DNA of 49,048 nucleotides from an uncultured Myxococcales bacterium. GTDB lineage: Bacteria > Myxococcota_A > Bradymonadia > REDH01. The DNA is taken from positions 1-49,048 of the forward strand of contig CAZFPM010000001.1 in assembly GCA_964520965.1 (NCBI GenBank), read 5' to 3'. Numbering within the stretch: the stretch's first letter is position 1; the number at the start of each line of letters is the position of its first letter. The translations under genes were made by a program, and so were the position numbers. This document shows positions 9,092 through 20,509 of the stretch, piece by piece. The notes under the pieces are model-generated. The model searched no databases and was not told where the DNA came from. It saw only the letters and a program-made list of their open reading frames with translations.

Positions 9092-10137
9092 GATATGGTG
9101 GCGTAGTAGCGGAACGGGTCTTCGAGAACTGCACGCGTCGTCTGTCGCTGCGGCGCGTATCCGAGGTCCTCGACGGCGCGGCTGATGTCGATGCGGCGAT
9201 CGGTCAGGAAGAGCTGGATCCGGTCGTCGGTGATCGGGGGGTTCCAATCCGGGGCGAAACGACCGATGGCCCCGAACGCCACCGCTGCCGCGCGAGCGAG
9301 CGCGAGCGGCACGTGGAAGTGGGTCCGCCGAACGCCAGCGATCTCCCCAGCGACCTCCAGGATCTCGCCGAACGTGTGACGAGCCCCGGAGTGCACGAGA
9401 TACACGCCCCCCGCCTGCCCCTTGTCGGTCGCCAGGACGAGCGCCTGCACCAGATCGTCGACGTGGATCAGCGGCTTCTGGACGTGGAGATTGGTCCCGA
9501 TGAAAGGGAACACGCCGCGGCGCACGAGCTTGTACAGGGTCCGCAGCTCGGAGAAGTCCTTGCCCCGCCCCGCGACGACGCAGGGGCGGACGATCACCAC
9601 GTTCAGGCCGTGGTCCTCGTGCAGCCTGAGGAGCTCGAGCTCTGCCGCCCGCTTCGACCGCTGATAGGGCGCCCGGGGATTGCACGGGCTGTTCTCGTCC
9701 ACGATCGGAGACTGCGGGGTGCCCATCGCGGCGGTGCTCGACACGTGGACGATTCGCAGGCCTTCGTGGCGCAGGACCTCCGTGGCGAGGTTCACCGTGC
9801 CATCGCGATTCACCCGCATGAACTCCGACTCGGCGGCGCGGCCGGAGTCGAACGTTCCGGCGACCGCGCAGGCCGAGTGGATCACTGCGTCGACGCCGTC
9901 GCAACAACCCTCGAGCGAGTGCGGATCGCCGAGGTCGCCGACGACGAATTCGTCGATGGAGCTTCTGATCGGCGACAGATCCGAGCTCTCGCGGACGAGC
10001 GCGCGGACACGGAAACCGGCGTCGCGCAGATGGGCGACGATGTGGCGGCCGACGAAGCCGGTCGCCCCGGTCACGAGGACCGTGCGCGGCGACTTGCGGC
10101 CTCGCCGTCGGGGAGTTGCGGGTGCTCGGGTGGCCAT
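9088..10137 (-). CDS. NAD-dependent epimerase/dehydratase (SDR family)
   Basis: VLVTGATGFVGRHIVAHLRDAGFRVRALVR Rossmann motif and a YQRSK catalytic YxxxK. ATG at 10137. Confidence 0.85.
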   Translation of the reverse strand: MATRAPATPRRRGRKSPRTVLVTGATGFVGRHIVAHLRDAGFRVRALVRESSDLSPIRSSIDEFVVGDLGDPHSLEGCCDGVDAVIHSACAVAGTFDSGRAAESEFMRVNRDGTVNLATEVLRHEGLRIVHVSSTAAMGTPQSPIVDENSPCNPRAPYQRSKRAAELELLRLHEDHGLNVVIVRPCVVAGRGKDFSELRTLYKLVRRGVFPFIGTNLHVQKPLIHVDDLVQALVLATDKGQAGGVYLVHSGARHTFGEILEVAGEIAGVRRTHFHVPLALARAAAVAFGAIGRFAPDWNPPITDDRIQLFLTDRRIDISRAVEDLGYAPQRQTTRAVLEDPFRYYATIS

Positions 10138-10204
10138 GTAGTCGTACCGTGGCGCGTGCCGACCGACACGATCAGCGCGGCCCCCCCCTTTTCGACGGTA
10201 TCGC

Positions 10205-12160
10205 GTGGAGCATCAAGCCCGACGAACGGCGCCGACCCGCGGAGTCATCGCGGCGTACGGTGCCCTCGTCGTGGTGATCGGCGCGGTCTGGGCCAACTCG
10301 GTCTCCGGCGGACCGATCTTCGACGATCATTTCCTCGCCGACCGCCAGACGTGCTTCCGAAGCCTGCGCGGTCTTCTGCGAATCCTGCAGTTCGAGCCAA
10401 CGTACGCCTGCACCTATCGGCCGGCGCGCTACGTCTCGTACGGTGTCGATTCCGCGCTCTTCGGCGGGGCGTTCTGGGGATTCCACGTCGGCAACATCGC
10501 CCGTCATGCGGTGTCGGCCGTTCTGGCGGGCCTGCTCGCGACGCGGCTCTTCGCCCAGGCTGACGGGTGCGGATCCCCGCGTGTGGCGCACCGGTGGTTC
10601 GGACTCGCCGTCGCCGCCCTGTGGGCCCTGCACCCGGTGCACACCGACAGCGTCTCGTATGTCTCCGGGCGGCGTGACATCCTCGTCGGCGCGTGGACCC
10701 TCGCGAGCCTGCTCGCCGCGTTGCATGCCCAACGCCGGGGTGGGCTCTGGTGGCTGGCCCCGCTGTGGACGACGCTCTTCGCCTTCATGAGCAAGGAGTC
10801 GGCCGTGGTCATTCCGGTGCTCTACGTGGCCTGGGTCTGGCGCGACGCCGATCCGCGGACCTGGGTCCGGGAACATCTGGCCACGACGACCGCCGTTGGT
10901 GTCGGGCTGGGCCTCTCCTTCTTGCTCGTCCTGTATCGCGGCGTGTTCGAGAGCCACTCGAACCGGGGCTTCGAATGGTGGGGCGGGAGCCTGGAGTCGA
11001 ATTTCGCCACCGTGGCGACGCTGCAGCTTCGGTACATCGGCCATGTCGCGTCGGTGTTGCCACTGATCGGAGACTACAAGGAGGCCACGATTCCCCTCGC
11101 GACCGGGTTCGGAGATCCACGCGCGTTGTGTGGCGTCGCGCTCGTCCTCGCGCTCGTCCTCGGCGCGCTACGAGCACGCCGGCGGGAGCCGTTGGTCTTC
11201 TACGGGATCGCGTTCTACCTGGTGTCGTTGGCACCGATGAGCCACGTCTTCCCGCACCACGAGCTCTTCGCCGAGCACTACCTCTACCTGCCGATCTTCG
11301 GGGCGGCGCTGGTCGTCGTGGCGGGGGCGCGATGGCTCTTCGTGCGGGTTGGCGTCGCGCCGTCGATCGGGGTAGTCGCGCTCGTGGCCGTGGTCGCCGC
11401 CTTCTCGACACGGGTCGTCGCGCGCAACCGGGACTTCGCCAACGAGGAGACGTACTACCGCCACGTGGTCGAGCACGCTCCGGCGAACGTCCGGGCGGTG
11501 GCGAATCTCGCCAACATCTACTTCGACCAGGAGGAGTTCGCGGCGGCGTTGCCGCTCTACCAGCGGTTGGCCGACGCTTGGATTCCGGGGTCCGGCAACG
11601 AGCGCACCCACGTGCGCCGCGAGCTCCTGTCGGCCCGCGAAGTCGGCGACGACGCAGCAGGGCTCACGGCGGCCCGGCGGCTGGCGGAGCGCCACCCGGA
11701 GGTCGGCATCGGACACCGGCACGTGGCCGAGCTCCTTCACGACTCCGGGGACTACGTCGGCGGGTTCGCCGCGGCACGGCGGTGGTGGGAGACGACGGCG
11801 TCACCCGGGGCGTTGGCCGTGATGGCGCACGCCGCCTCCGCGACGCCGACGGTGCCGCTCGAAGAAGTGAGCTGGCTCGCCGAGACCGTGGCCGAGGCGC
11901 TCGAACCCCCAGAAGTGGCGATCGCGTACACGGCCCAGGCGCTGGCGCTTCGTGGCGAGGCCGCGGCCGCGCTCGACCTGATGCGGGCCATGCGGCGTCC
12001 GGGCCTGTCGGCGGACTACGACGACCTGGGTTGCCGGATCGCCGGCCGCGCTGGCGTGGCATCCTCACCGGTCTGGTGCTCGCCGGAGGCGCCCGATCCC
12101 GTCCCGAACAACCCGAACCACCGACCGTCACCCATCGACCAGGACGGCGCCGACGATTGA
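10205..12160 (+). CDS. TPR-tailed polytopic membrane protein, TMTC/PMT_2-like GT-C glycosyltransferase candidate
   Basis: GTG start. TM1 is followed by GGPIFDDHFL, then SKESAVVIPVLY (DUF1736-like). There are about 9-11 TM helices, then a C-terminal helical-repeat region (ANLANIYFDQEEFAAALPLYQR...). Confidence 0.7.
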   Translation: MEHQARRTAPTRGVIAAYGALVVVIGAVWANSVSGGPIFDDHFLADRQTCFRSLRGLLRILQFEPTYACTYRPARYVSYGVDSALFGGAFWGFHVGNIARHAVSAVLAGLLATRLFAQADGCGSPRVAHRWFGLAVAALWALHPVHTDSVSYVSGRRDILVGAWTLASLLAALHAQRRGGLWWLAPLWTTLFAFMSKESAVVIPVLYVAWVWRDADPRTWVREHLATTTAVGVGLGLSFLLVLYRGVFESHSNRGFEWWGGSLESNFATVATLQLRYIGHVASVLPLIGDYKEATIPLATGFGDPRALCGVALVLALVLGALRARRREPLVFYGIAFYLVSLAPMSHVFPHHELFAEHYLYLPIFGAALVVVAGARWLFVRVGVAPSIGVVALVAVVAAFSTRVVARNRDFANEETYYRHVVEHAPANVRAVANLANIYFDQEEFAAALPLYQRLADAWIPGSGNERTHVRRELLSAREVGDDAAGLTAARRLAERHPEVGIGHRHVAELLHDSGDYVGGFAAARRWWETTASPGALAVMAHAASATPTVPLEEVSWLAETVAEALEPPEVAIAYTAQALALRGEAAAALDLMRAMRRPGLSADYDDLGCRIAGRAGVASSPVWCSPEAPDPVPNNPNHRPSPIDQDGADD

Positions 12161-12251
12161 CGGAAGCTCCGCGGGGCTGATAAATCGATCGGGTTCGACC
12201 GGGCAAGGGTATCCGGTCGGCGCCCATCCCGTGGACTCGAGGCGAGACCCG

Positions 12252-13958
12252 ATGTCGAGCGAGAAGCTTGGCGAACTGCTGCTACGCGAGAACCTGATCT
12301 CGCTCGCGCAGCTCCAGCGCGCAGAAGACGATCGCCGCGATAGCGGGGAGCGGCTCGGCTACACCCTCACCAAGCTGGGGTTCGTCGACGAGACGGAGCT
12401 GACTCAGTTCCTCTCGAAGACCTACGGTGTCCCCTCGATCAACCTCGAGGACTTCGACGTCGCGCCCGAGGTGATCGGGCTGGTGCCGCGCGAGGTCGCG
12501 CTCCGTCACCTGTGCATCCCGAGCAACCGTGCCGGCGGGACGCTGATCGTGGCGATGGCGGATCCATCGAACCTGACGGCGATCGACGATCTGAAGTTCC
12601 TCTCGGGCTACGCGATCGAGGTCGTCGTCGCCTCCGAGGTGCAGATCCGCGGGGCGATCGACAAGTACTACGGGGTCAAGGACACGACGATCGCCGATAT
12701 CCTCGGCGACCTCGACATGGACGCGATCGAGGTCGATAGCGATGACGGCGGCTTGATCGACCTGACGGAGCTCTCCGCATCCGCGGAGGCCGGTCCGATC
12801 GTCCGGCTCGTGAACATGGTCCTGGTCGACGCGATCAAGCGCGACGCGTCGGACATCCACATCGAACCCTACGAGAAGGACTTCCGGGTCCGGTACCGCA
12901 TCGACGGCGTGCTCTACGAGGTGATGAAGCCGCCGCTGAAGCTGAAGAACGCGATGGCTTCGCGTCTGAAGATCATGTCGAAGCTCGACATCGCGGAGCG
13001 CCGGCTTCCCCAGGATGGTCGTATCAAGCTGAAGCTCGGCAAGGGCAAGGAGATGGACTACCGCGTCTCCGTGTTGCCGACGCTTTTCGGCGAGAAGATC
13101 GTCCTGCGTCTGCTCGACAAGTCGAACCTGCAGCTCGACATGACGAAGCTCGGCTTCGAGCTCGAGCCGCTCGCCGTCTTCAAGAGCGCGATCCACCTGC
13201 CCTACGGCATGGTGCTCGTCACCGGGCCGACCGGTTCGGGCAAGACGACGACCCTGTATTCGGCGCTCGCCGAGTTGAACAAGGTCTCGGAGAACATCTC
13301 GACGGCGGAGGATCCGGTGGAGTTCAACCTCCCCGGGATCAACCAGTCGCAGATGAACGACAGCATCGGGTTCAACTTCGCCTCGGCGCTGCGCGCATTC
13401 CTGCGGCAGGATCCGGACATCATCATGGTCGGTGAGATCCGGGACTTCGAGACCGCCGAGATCGCGGTCAAGGCGGCCCTGACCGGGCACATGGTGTTGT
13501 CGACGCTGCACACCAACGACGCGCCATCGACGATCTCGCGATTGCTGAACATGGGCATCGAGCCCTTCCTCGTGACCGCGTCGGTCAACCTCGTCGTGGC
13601 CCAACGCCTGGCGCGCCGCATCTGCGCCGACTGCAAGGAGCTGCTCGAAGACGTCGAGACCGAAGCACTGCGCGATCTGCAGGTGCCGGAGGAGCTGCTC
13701 GCCGGCGCCCAGGTTTTCGAGGGCAAGGGCTGCGGCCGCTGCAACGAGACCGGGTTCAAGGGACGCGTGGCGCTCTACGAGGTCATGGCGATGACCGACG
13801 AGCTCAAGGAGTTCGTCCTCCAGGGCTACTCGTCGGCGGAGCTCAAGAACGAGTCGATCCGCCTGGGCATGAAGACCCTGCGGCAGGCCGCGGTCACGAA
13901 GCTGCTCGACGGGGTGACGACGCTCGCCGAGGTCGTTCGCTGCAGCGCGCCTGACTGA
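12252..13958 (+). CDS. pilB: Type IV pilus extension ATPase PilB (GspE family)
   Basis: The N-terminus MSSEKLGELLLRENLISLAQLQRAEDD... is very close to Myxococcus PilB. Walker A GPTGSGKTT and a tetracysteine CADC..CGRC are present. The track ORF begins at GTG 12231; ATG 12252 is preferred. Confidence 0.95.
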   Translation: MSSEKLGELLLRENLISLAQLQRAEDDRRDSGERLGYTLTKLGFVDETELTQFLSKTYGVPSINLEDFDVAPEVIGLVPREVALRHLCIPSNRAGGTLIVAMADPSNLTAIDDLKFLSGYAIEVVVASEVQIRGAIDKYYGVKDTTIADILGDLDMDAIEVDSDDGGLIDLTELSASAEAGPIVRLVNMVLVDAIKRDASDIHIEPYEKDFRVRYRIDGVLYEVMKPPLKLKNAMASRLKIMSKLDIAERRLPQDGRIKLKLGKGKEMDYRVSVLPTLFGEKIVLRLLDKSNLQLDMTKLGFELEPLAVFKSAIHLPYGMVLVTGPTGSGKTTTLYSALAELNKVSENISTAEDPVEFNLPGINQSQMNDSIGFNFASALRAFLRQDPDIIMVGEIRDFETAEIAVKAALTGHMVLSTLHTNDAPSTISRLLNMGIEPFLVTASVNLVVAQRLARRICADCKELLEDVETEALRDLQVPEELLAGAQVFEGKGCGRCNETGFKGRVALYEVMAMTDELKEFVLQGYSSAELKNESIRLGMKTLRQAAVTKLLDGVTTLAEVVRCSAPD

Positions 13959-14098
13959 GCAGCGGGGCCGGAGCATCTCGCGAAAGGCAGGTCCCCATGG
14001 TAGCGGCGGAACTTGCCGATCGCCGAGCGCGTTGATACCGTGCATCAAGGCCCATTTTTCGCGCCGTACGGCCCACCGCCGCTCGCACCCCAGGCACC

Positions 14099-15187
14099 TT
14101 GGCGAACCTCCACCAGCTGCTCAAGCTTATGGTCGACAAGGGGGGAAGCGACCTGCATGTCACGGTGGGCAGCCCCCCGCAGATCCGCATCGACGGCGAG
14201 CTCGTGCCCATCAAGGCGCCGGCGCTGTCGGGCGTCGACTGTCGGCAGCTCTGCTACAGCATCCTGACGGACGCGCAGCGGCAGAAGTTCGAGGAGGAGT
14301 TGGAGCTCGACCTCTCTTTCGGGGTGAAATCGCTGGCGCGATTCCGAGCCAACATCTTCATGCAGCGGGGAGCCGTCTCGGCGGTGCTGCGGCAGATCCC
14401 GTTCAAGATCCTGACGTTCGAGGACCTCGGCCTGCCCCCGCCGGTCGCCACGCTCTCGAACAAGCACCGGGGCCTGGTCCTGTGCACGGGGCCCACCGGG
14501 AGCGGCAAGTCGACGACCCTCGCGGCGATAATCGACATGATCAACGCCGAGAAGCACTATCATATCCTCACGATCGAAGACCCGATCGAGTACCTGCATC
14601 CGCACAAGAACAGCATCGTCAATCAGCGGGAGGTGGGCGCGGACACCCACGGATTCCGGACGGCGCTCAAGTACGTCTTGCGGCAGGATCCGGACGTGGT
14701 GCTGATCGGCGAGCTCCGGGATCTGGAGACCATCGAGGCGGCGCTCTCGATCGCCGAGACGGGCCACCTCGCGTTGGCGACGCTGCACACGAACGGCGCG
14801 ATCCAGACGATCAACCGCATCGTCGACGTGTTCCCGCCGCACCAGCAGGATCAGGTCAGGGCGCAGCTCTCATTTGTGCTCCAGGGCGTGATCTCCCAGC
14901 AGCTGATCCCCAAGGCGACGGGCGGCGGGCGGGTGCTCTGCCTGGAGATCCTCGTGATGACCGCGGCCATCCGAAACTTGATTCGAGAGGATAAGTTGCA
15001 TCAGGTGTACAGCCAGATGCAGGTCGGTCAGGCGAAATACGGGATGCAGACCATGAACCAGTCGTTGTACGCTCTGTTGCAACGACGGTTGATCACGGTC
15101 GACGACGCGATGACGCGTTCGACGGACGTGGACGAGTTGAAGACGATGCTTCAGTCCGGAGCCGGCCCTTCGCGGTCGATCGGATAG
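14099..15187 (+). CDS. pilT: Type IV pilus retraction ATPase PilT
   Basis: (M)ANLHQLLKLMVDKGGSDLHVTVGSPPQIRIDGEL, GPTGSGKST and the AIRNLIREDK motif. The start codon is TTG, which preserves the conserved N-terminus. Confidence 0.95.
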   Translation: MANLHQLLKLMVDKGGSDLHVTVGSPPQIRIDGELVPIKAPALSGVDCRQLCYSILTDAQRQKFEEELELDLSFGVKSLARFRANIFMQRGAVSAVLRQIPFKILTFEDLGLPPPVATLSNKHRGLVLCTGPTGSGKSTTLAAIIDMINAEKHYHILTIEDPIEYLHPHKNSIVNQREVGADTHGFRTALKYVLRQDPDVVLIGELRDLETIEAALSIAETGHLALATLHTNGAIQTINRIVDVFPPHQQDQVRAQLSFVLQGVISQQLIPKATGGGRVLCLEILVMTAAIRNLIREDKLHQVYSQMQVGQAKYGMQTMNQSLYALLQRRLITVDDAMTRSTDVDELKTMLQSGAGPSRSIG

Positions 15188-15205
15188 CGGGCACGGAGGA
15201 CAGCG

Positions 15206-16420
15206 ATGGCTACCTACGTATGGACCGGAAAAACCCGCACGGGTGAAGACGCGGCTGGCGAGATCGAAGCTGACTCCGAAGCTGAGGTCATAAACAAACT
15301 CCGGTCGCAGAACATCCAGCCGGCGAAGATCAAGAAGAAGGCGGCCGAGCTCAAGCTGCCCTTCACCATCGGCGGCGGTGTCTCCAACAAGGAGCTCGTC
15401 ATCTTCACCAGGCAGTTCGCGACGATGATCGACGCGGGTCTGCCCTTGGTTCAGTGCCTGGACATCCTGGCCAGCGGCGAGCCCAACAAGAACTTCCAGC
15501 GCATCATCTACACGGTGAAGTCCGAGGTCGAGCAGGGCTCGACCTTCGCCTCGGCCCTCAATCGCCACCCCCGGGTCTTCGACGAGCTCTACGTCAACCT
15601 CGTCGCGGCCGGAGAGGTCGGTGGTATTCTCGACTCGATCCTCAACCGACTGGCGATCTACATCGAGAAGTCGGTCAAGCTCGGTCGTAAGGTCAAGGGG
15701 GCATTCACCTACCCGCTGGCCATTCTCTCCGTCGCGATCATCGTCGTCATCATCCTGCTCTGGAAGGTCATCCCGACCTTCCAGCACATGTTCGAGTCCA
15801 TGGGCAACAACGCGCTGCCCAGGCCGACTCAGATCGTCATCGACATGTCCGAGTGGTTCGGACGGAACTGGTACTTCGTCATCGGCGGATTCATCGGTAC
15901 CCTCGTCGCCGGGCGGACCTTCTACAACAGCGAATTCGGCCGGGTGAAGTTCGACCAGATCCTGTTGAGGACACCGATCTTCGGTACCCTCGTGAAGAAG
16001 GCCGCGGTCGCCAAGTTCACCCGAACGCTCGGCACGCTGGTTGCCGCTGGTGTGCCGATTCTCGACGGGCTCGAGATCGTCTCTCGGACCTCGGGCAACC
16101 GGGTCATCGAGAAAGCGATCATGCGTGTGCGCGACAAGATCTCCGAGGGCCGAACGATGGCGGAGCCGCTCGCCGAGGCCAACATCTTCCCCTCCATGGT
16201 CGTGCAGATGATCGGCGTCGGTGAAGCCACCGGTGCCATGGACGTCATGCTGAACAAGATCGCCGACTTCTACGAAGAAGAGGTCGACGTCGCGGTCGAA
16301 GCGCTGACCGCGCTCCTCGAGCCCCTGATGATGGTGTTCATCGGCGGCATCGTCGGCGGTCTTCTCATCGCGATGTACCTCCCCATCTTCTCCGTCGCCG
16401 ACAACGTCAACGTCAACTAG
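15206..16420 (+). CDS. pilC: Type IV pilus platform protein PilC (GspF family)
   Basis: 404 aa with two GspF-type repeats and three TM segments. GGAGGA lies upstream of the ATG. Confidence 0.95.
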   Translation: MATYVWTGKTRTGEDAAGEIEADSEAEVINKLRSQNIQPAKIKKKAAELKLPFTIGGGVSNKELVIFTRQFATMIDAGLPLVQCLDILASGEPNKNFQRIIYTVKSEVEQGSTFASALNRHPRVFDELYVNLVAAGEVGGILDSILNRLAIYIEKSVKLGRKVKGAFTYPLAILSVAIIVVIILLWKVIPTFQHMFESMGNNALPRPTQIVIDMSEWFGRNWYFVIGGFIGTLVAGRTFYNSEFGRVKFDQILLRTPIFGTLVKKAAVAKFTRTLGTLVAAGVPILDGLEIVSRTSGNRVIEKAIMRVRDKISEGRTMAEPLAEANIFPSMVVQMIGVGEATGAMDVMLNKIADFYEEEVDVAVEALTALLEPLMMVFIGGIVGGLLIAMYLPIFSVADNVNVN

Positions 16421-16423
16421 CCG

Positions 16424-18225
16424 GTGACTGAGACCGGCGGCCAGACCCGCCAGGAGTCCAGCCTGAGGGAGAAACTGGAATGGCTCATGCTGTTCCGGCT
16501 CGTGCTCGTCACGTTCCTCCTCGGCTCCGCCGTCATCGTTAACGTCAACGATGTCGAGAGCTTCAACGATCCGAGTTACATCGCGATCGTGTCGCTCATC
16601 GTCGGCACCTACGTCGCGACGCTCCTTTACGCCTACTGGATCCGTCGGAGCAATCGCTTCGTGCTGCTCACCTATGGGCAGCTGGTCGGTGACGCCGTGC
16701 TGGCCGCCGGCCTGGTCATGTTGACCGGCGGCATCCACTCGATCTTCACGTTCCTCTTCTTCCTGACGATCTTCAACGGCGCGGTGCTGCTGGGGCGCGC
16801 CGGCGCGATGTTCGCCGCCTCGTGCTCGTCACTCGGCCTCGCCGCGATCGTCATTCTGCAGTTCGGCGATTTCGAGGTCGTCTGGGCGATCCTCCCGGAG
16901 GCCGTACCCCGATCCGGGCGCGTCCCGGTCTATGCGCTGATCATCCATCTCGTCGGGTTCTTCACCGTCGCGGCGTTGTCCGGCTATCTCGCCGAGAAGC
17001 TCGGCCAGGTCGGCAGTGAGCTCGAGCGCCGACGCATGGACATCAAGGAGCTCCGCGCCCTCAACGAGAACATCGTCCGTTCGCTCGCCTCGGGACTGCT
17101 CACCCTGGACAACGAGGGCCGGACGACCTTCTTCAACGAGGCCGCCGAGCTGATCACCGGGTACCCGTTCAGCGAGGTGAACCTGCGGCCGCTGGCCGAG
17201 GTGATCCCGGAGTTCGAGAAGGTGGTCGCCGCCGCACCCGCGATGGCCGAGCTCAGCAGCCGGCCCCGGGTCGAGCAGCGGATGATTCGGCCCGACGGCG
17301 CCGAGGTCTTCATCGGCATCTCGATCTCGGCGCTCCGGAACGCCCAAGGAGATCAGACCGGATACATCCTGATCTTCCAGGATGTGACGGAGCTGAAGAC
17401 GATGGAGGCGGCGATCATTCGCCAGGAACACCTGTCGGCGATCGGAAAGCTCTCCGCCGCGATCGCGCACGAGATCCGCAACCCGCTGGCGTCGATCTCC
17501 GGGTCGATCGAGATGCTGGCGATGCTGCTCGAGCCACCGGCAGAAGAGCGGCAGCTGATGGACATCGTCATCCGCGAGGTCGATCGCCTGAACGGCCTGA
17601 TCGAGGATTTCCTGGAATACGCGCGTCCGGCGCAGACGCGACGGAAGCTGATCGACCTCCGGGAAGTGATCGCCGACACGATCCAGATCTTCTCCCGCGA
17701 CCCGGTGGCTCGGGACATCGAATTGCGCCTGGACCCGGAACACGTGCAGCAGATGCCCGTCTACGCCGATGCGGCACAACTCCAGCAGGTGCTCTGGAAT
17801 GTTCTTCGAAACGCTTGCGAGGCGATGCAAGACGGAGGCATCATCACAGTTGCCCGGTCTCGGCACTACGACCTGCGAACTCGTCGCAACAAGTTCGCAA
17901 TCGAAGTGCGTGATACCGGGCCTGGACTCCCCGACGCTGTGCTACCGAGCTTGTTCGAGCCGTTTTTCACGACCAAGGATGATGGGACCGGCCTCGGTCT
18001 CGCGACCTGTCACCGTATCGTCACGGCTCATCGTGGGGAGCTGGAAGCACGCAACGTGGCCGCCGGTGGCGCGGCGTTCCAGATCACGCTCCCGGCCGAC
18101 GACCAGTCCGCCGATTCCGGCGAGAAAGTGGTGCCGAAGACCGCCGAAACCGGCGACCAGACCGAAACCGCGGACGTCGACGAGAGCAGTGGGGCCGTTC
18201 CCCGGGCCGGGAGGGTCGTGCTCCA

Positions 18226-18229
<4 letters not shown>
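16424..18229 (+). CDS. pilS: Membrane sensor histidine kinase PilS (PAS-HisKA-HATPase)
   Basis: About 6 N-terminal TM helices, a PAS-like segment, H-box HEIRNPLASI, then DTGPGL and GTGLGL. Its position between pilC and pilR matches Myxococcus. Confidence 0.85.
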
Positions 18230-19617
<1,388 letters not shown>

Positions 19618-19634
19618 CGCTCCGGAGCCAGGAC

Positions 19635-20174
19635 ATGCACGCGAACCGCACCTCTCGAAGCCGCGGCTTCAGCCTCGTAGAGCTGATGATCACCGTCTCC
19701 ATCATCACCGTCCTCGCGGCGGTCGCGATGACGGCGTTCAAGTACCAGGCGCAGAAGGCGAAGCTCGCGCAGCTCGACACCTTCATGGCGGCGATCGGCG
19801 CCGGACAGGCGCTGGCGAAGGCGGCCACCGGCGACTATGTCGGCGACTCCGCGGTGTTCTGCCCGTCGTACGTCGGCGCGGGACCCACGATGTGGGACAC
19901 GGCCTGTGATCCGGTGATCTGGTCGCAAGTCGTCGCCAATCCGCCGCTGCAGACCTACTTCCAATTCGGCATCATCGCCGGCGATGGCATCACCGCAGGC
20001 GATACGTGCACGCCGTTCCTGGGCGTTCCCGAGACCTGTGACTCGGTGACCGCCGGAGAGGCTTGGTGGGTGGCGGTCGGCCGGGGTGATCTCGACGCGG
20101 ACGGGGTCTTGTCCACGTTCATCACGTCGTATGCGATGAGCGGCGCCATCTTCAAGATCGACGAACACGAGTAG
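19635..20174 (+). CDS. PilA-type type IVa prepilin paralogue
   Basis: ATG at 19635 inside track ORF 19410..20174, 17 nt after the pilR stop. Leader MHANRTSRSRG followed by FSLVELMITVSIITVLAAVA (Gly-1/Phe+1/Glu+5). Four Cys. The C-terminal GDLDADGVLSTF motif is shared with PilA. Confidence 0.8.
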   Translation: MHANRTSRSRGFSLVELMITVSIITVLAAVAMTAFKYQAQKAKLAQLDTFMAAIGAGQALAKAATGDYVGDSAVFCPSYVGAGPTMWDTACDPVIWSQVVANPPLQTYFQFGIIAGDGITAGDTCTPFLGVPETCDSVTAGEAWWVAVGRGDLDADGVLSTFITSYAMSGAIFKIDEHE

Positions 20175-20310
20175 CTCGGGTGTTCAGCGTCGTCGGGTGG
20201 GCAGGTCGGATGGTCTCGCCGGGGTTGTCGGCTGCGGGGTGGCGATCTGCGTCACTCGGCGGAGCGCCGCGGGGTATGCGGGTCTGCGCCGACCGGATCA
20301 CATGTGCGAC

Positions 20311-20376
20311 GGTGTCAGATGACGCGAATTGTCACCGGGCGACCGAACACGGTGACGTCGATTGTCACCGGATGTC
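20311..20376. promoter_or_regulatory. Candidate enhancer (bEBP/PilR-type) site cluster
   Basis: ATTGTCACCGG is repeated at 20328 and 20361 (33-bp period). GGTGAC at 20351 forms inverted repeats with both GTCACC copies. Four TGTC cores lie at 20313, 20330, 20363 and 20373. The cluster sits 135-200 bp upstream of the sigma-54 element. Confidence 0.35.
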
Positions 20377-20509
20377 CCGATTGGGGTGGGATCGTACATT
20401 CGTACACCGTGGTTCGGAGCGGCCGCGCGACGGGAATTGCGGTCTATCTGATTGGATTTCGGGCGATTTCTCTGTTTGGCCCAGAATCGTGGACGAAGAT
20501 CCTCTTGCT

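Noticed and set aside
12282-14048. Long antisense ORFs throughout the track. Examples: 12282..14048-, 14870..16738-, 18028..19410-, 30956..33532-, 33994..36630-, 2186..3703+, 4919..6877+, 41863..43698+, 27150..28400-, 10693..12180+.
   Set aside because: Each lies opposite or out of frame to a gene with strong family motifs. Their translations are Arg/Pro/Gly/Asp-rich low-complexity strings typical of stop-poor frames in high-GC DNA.
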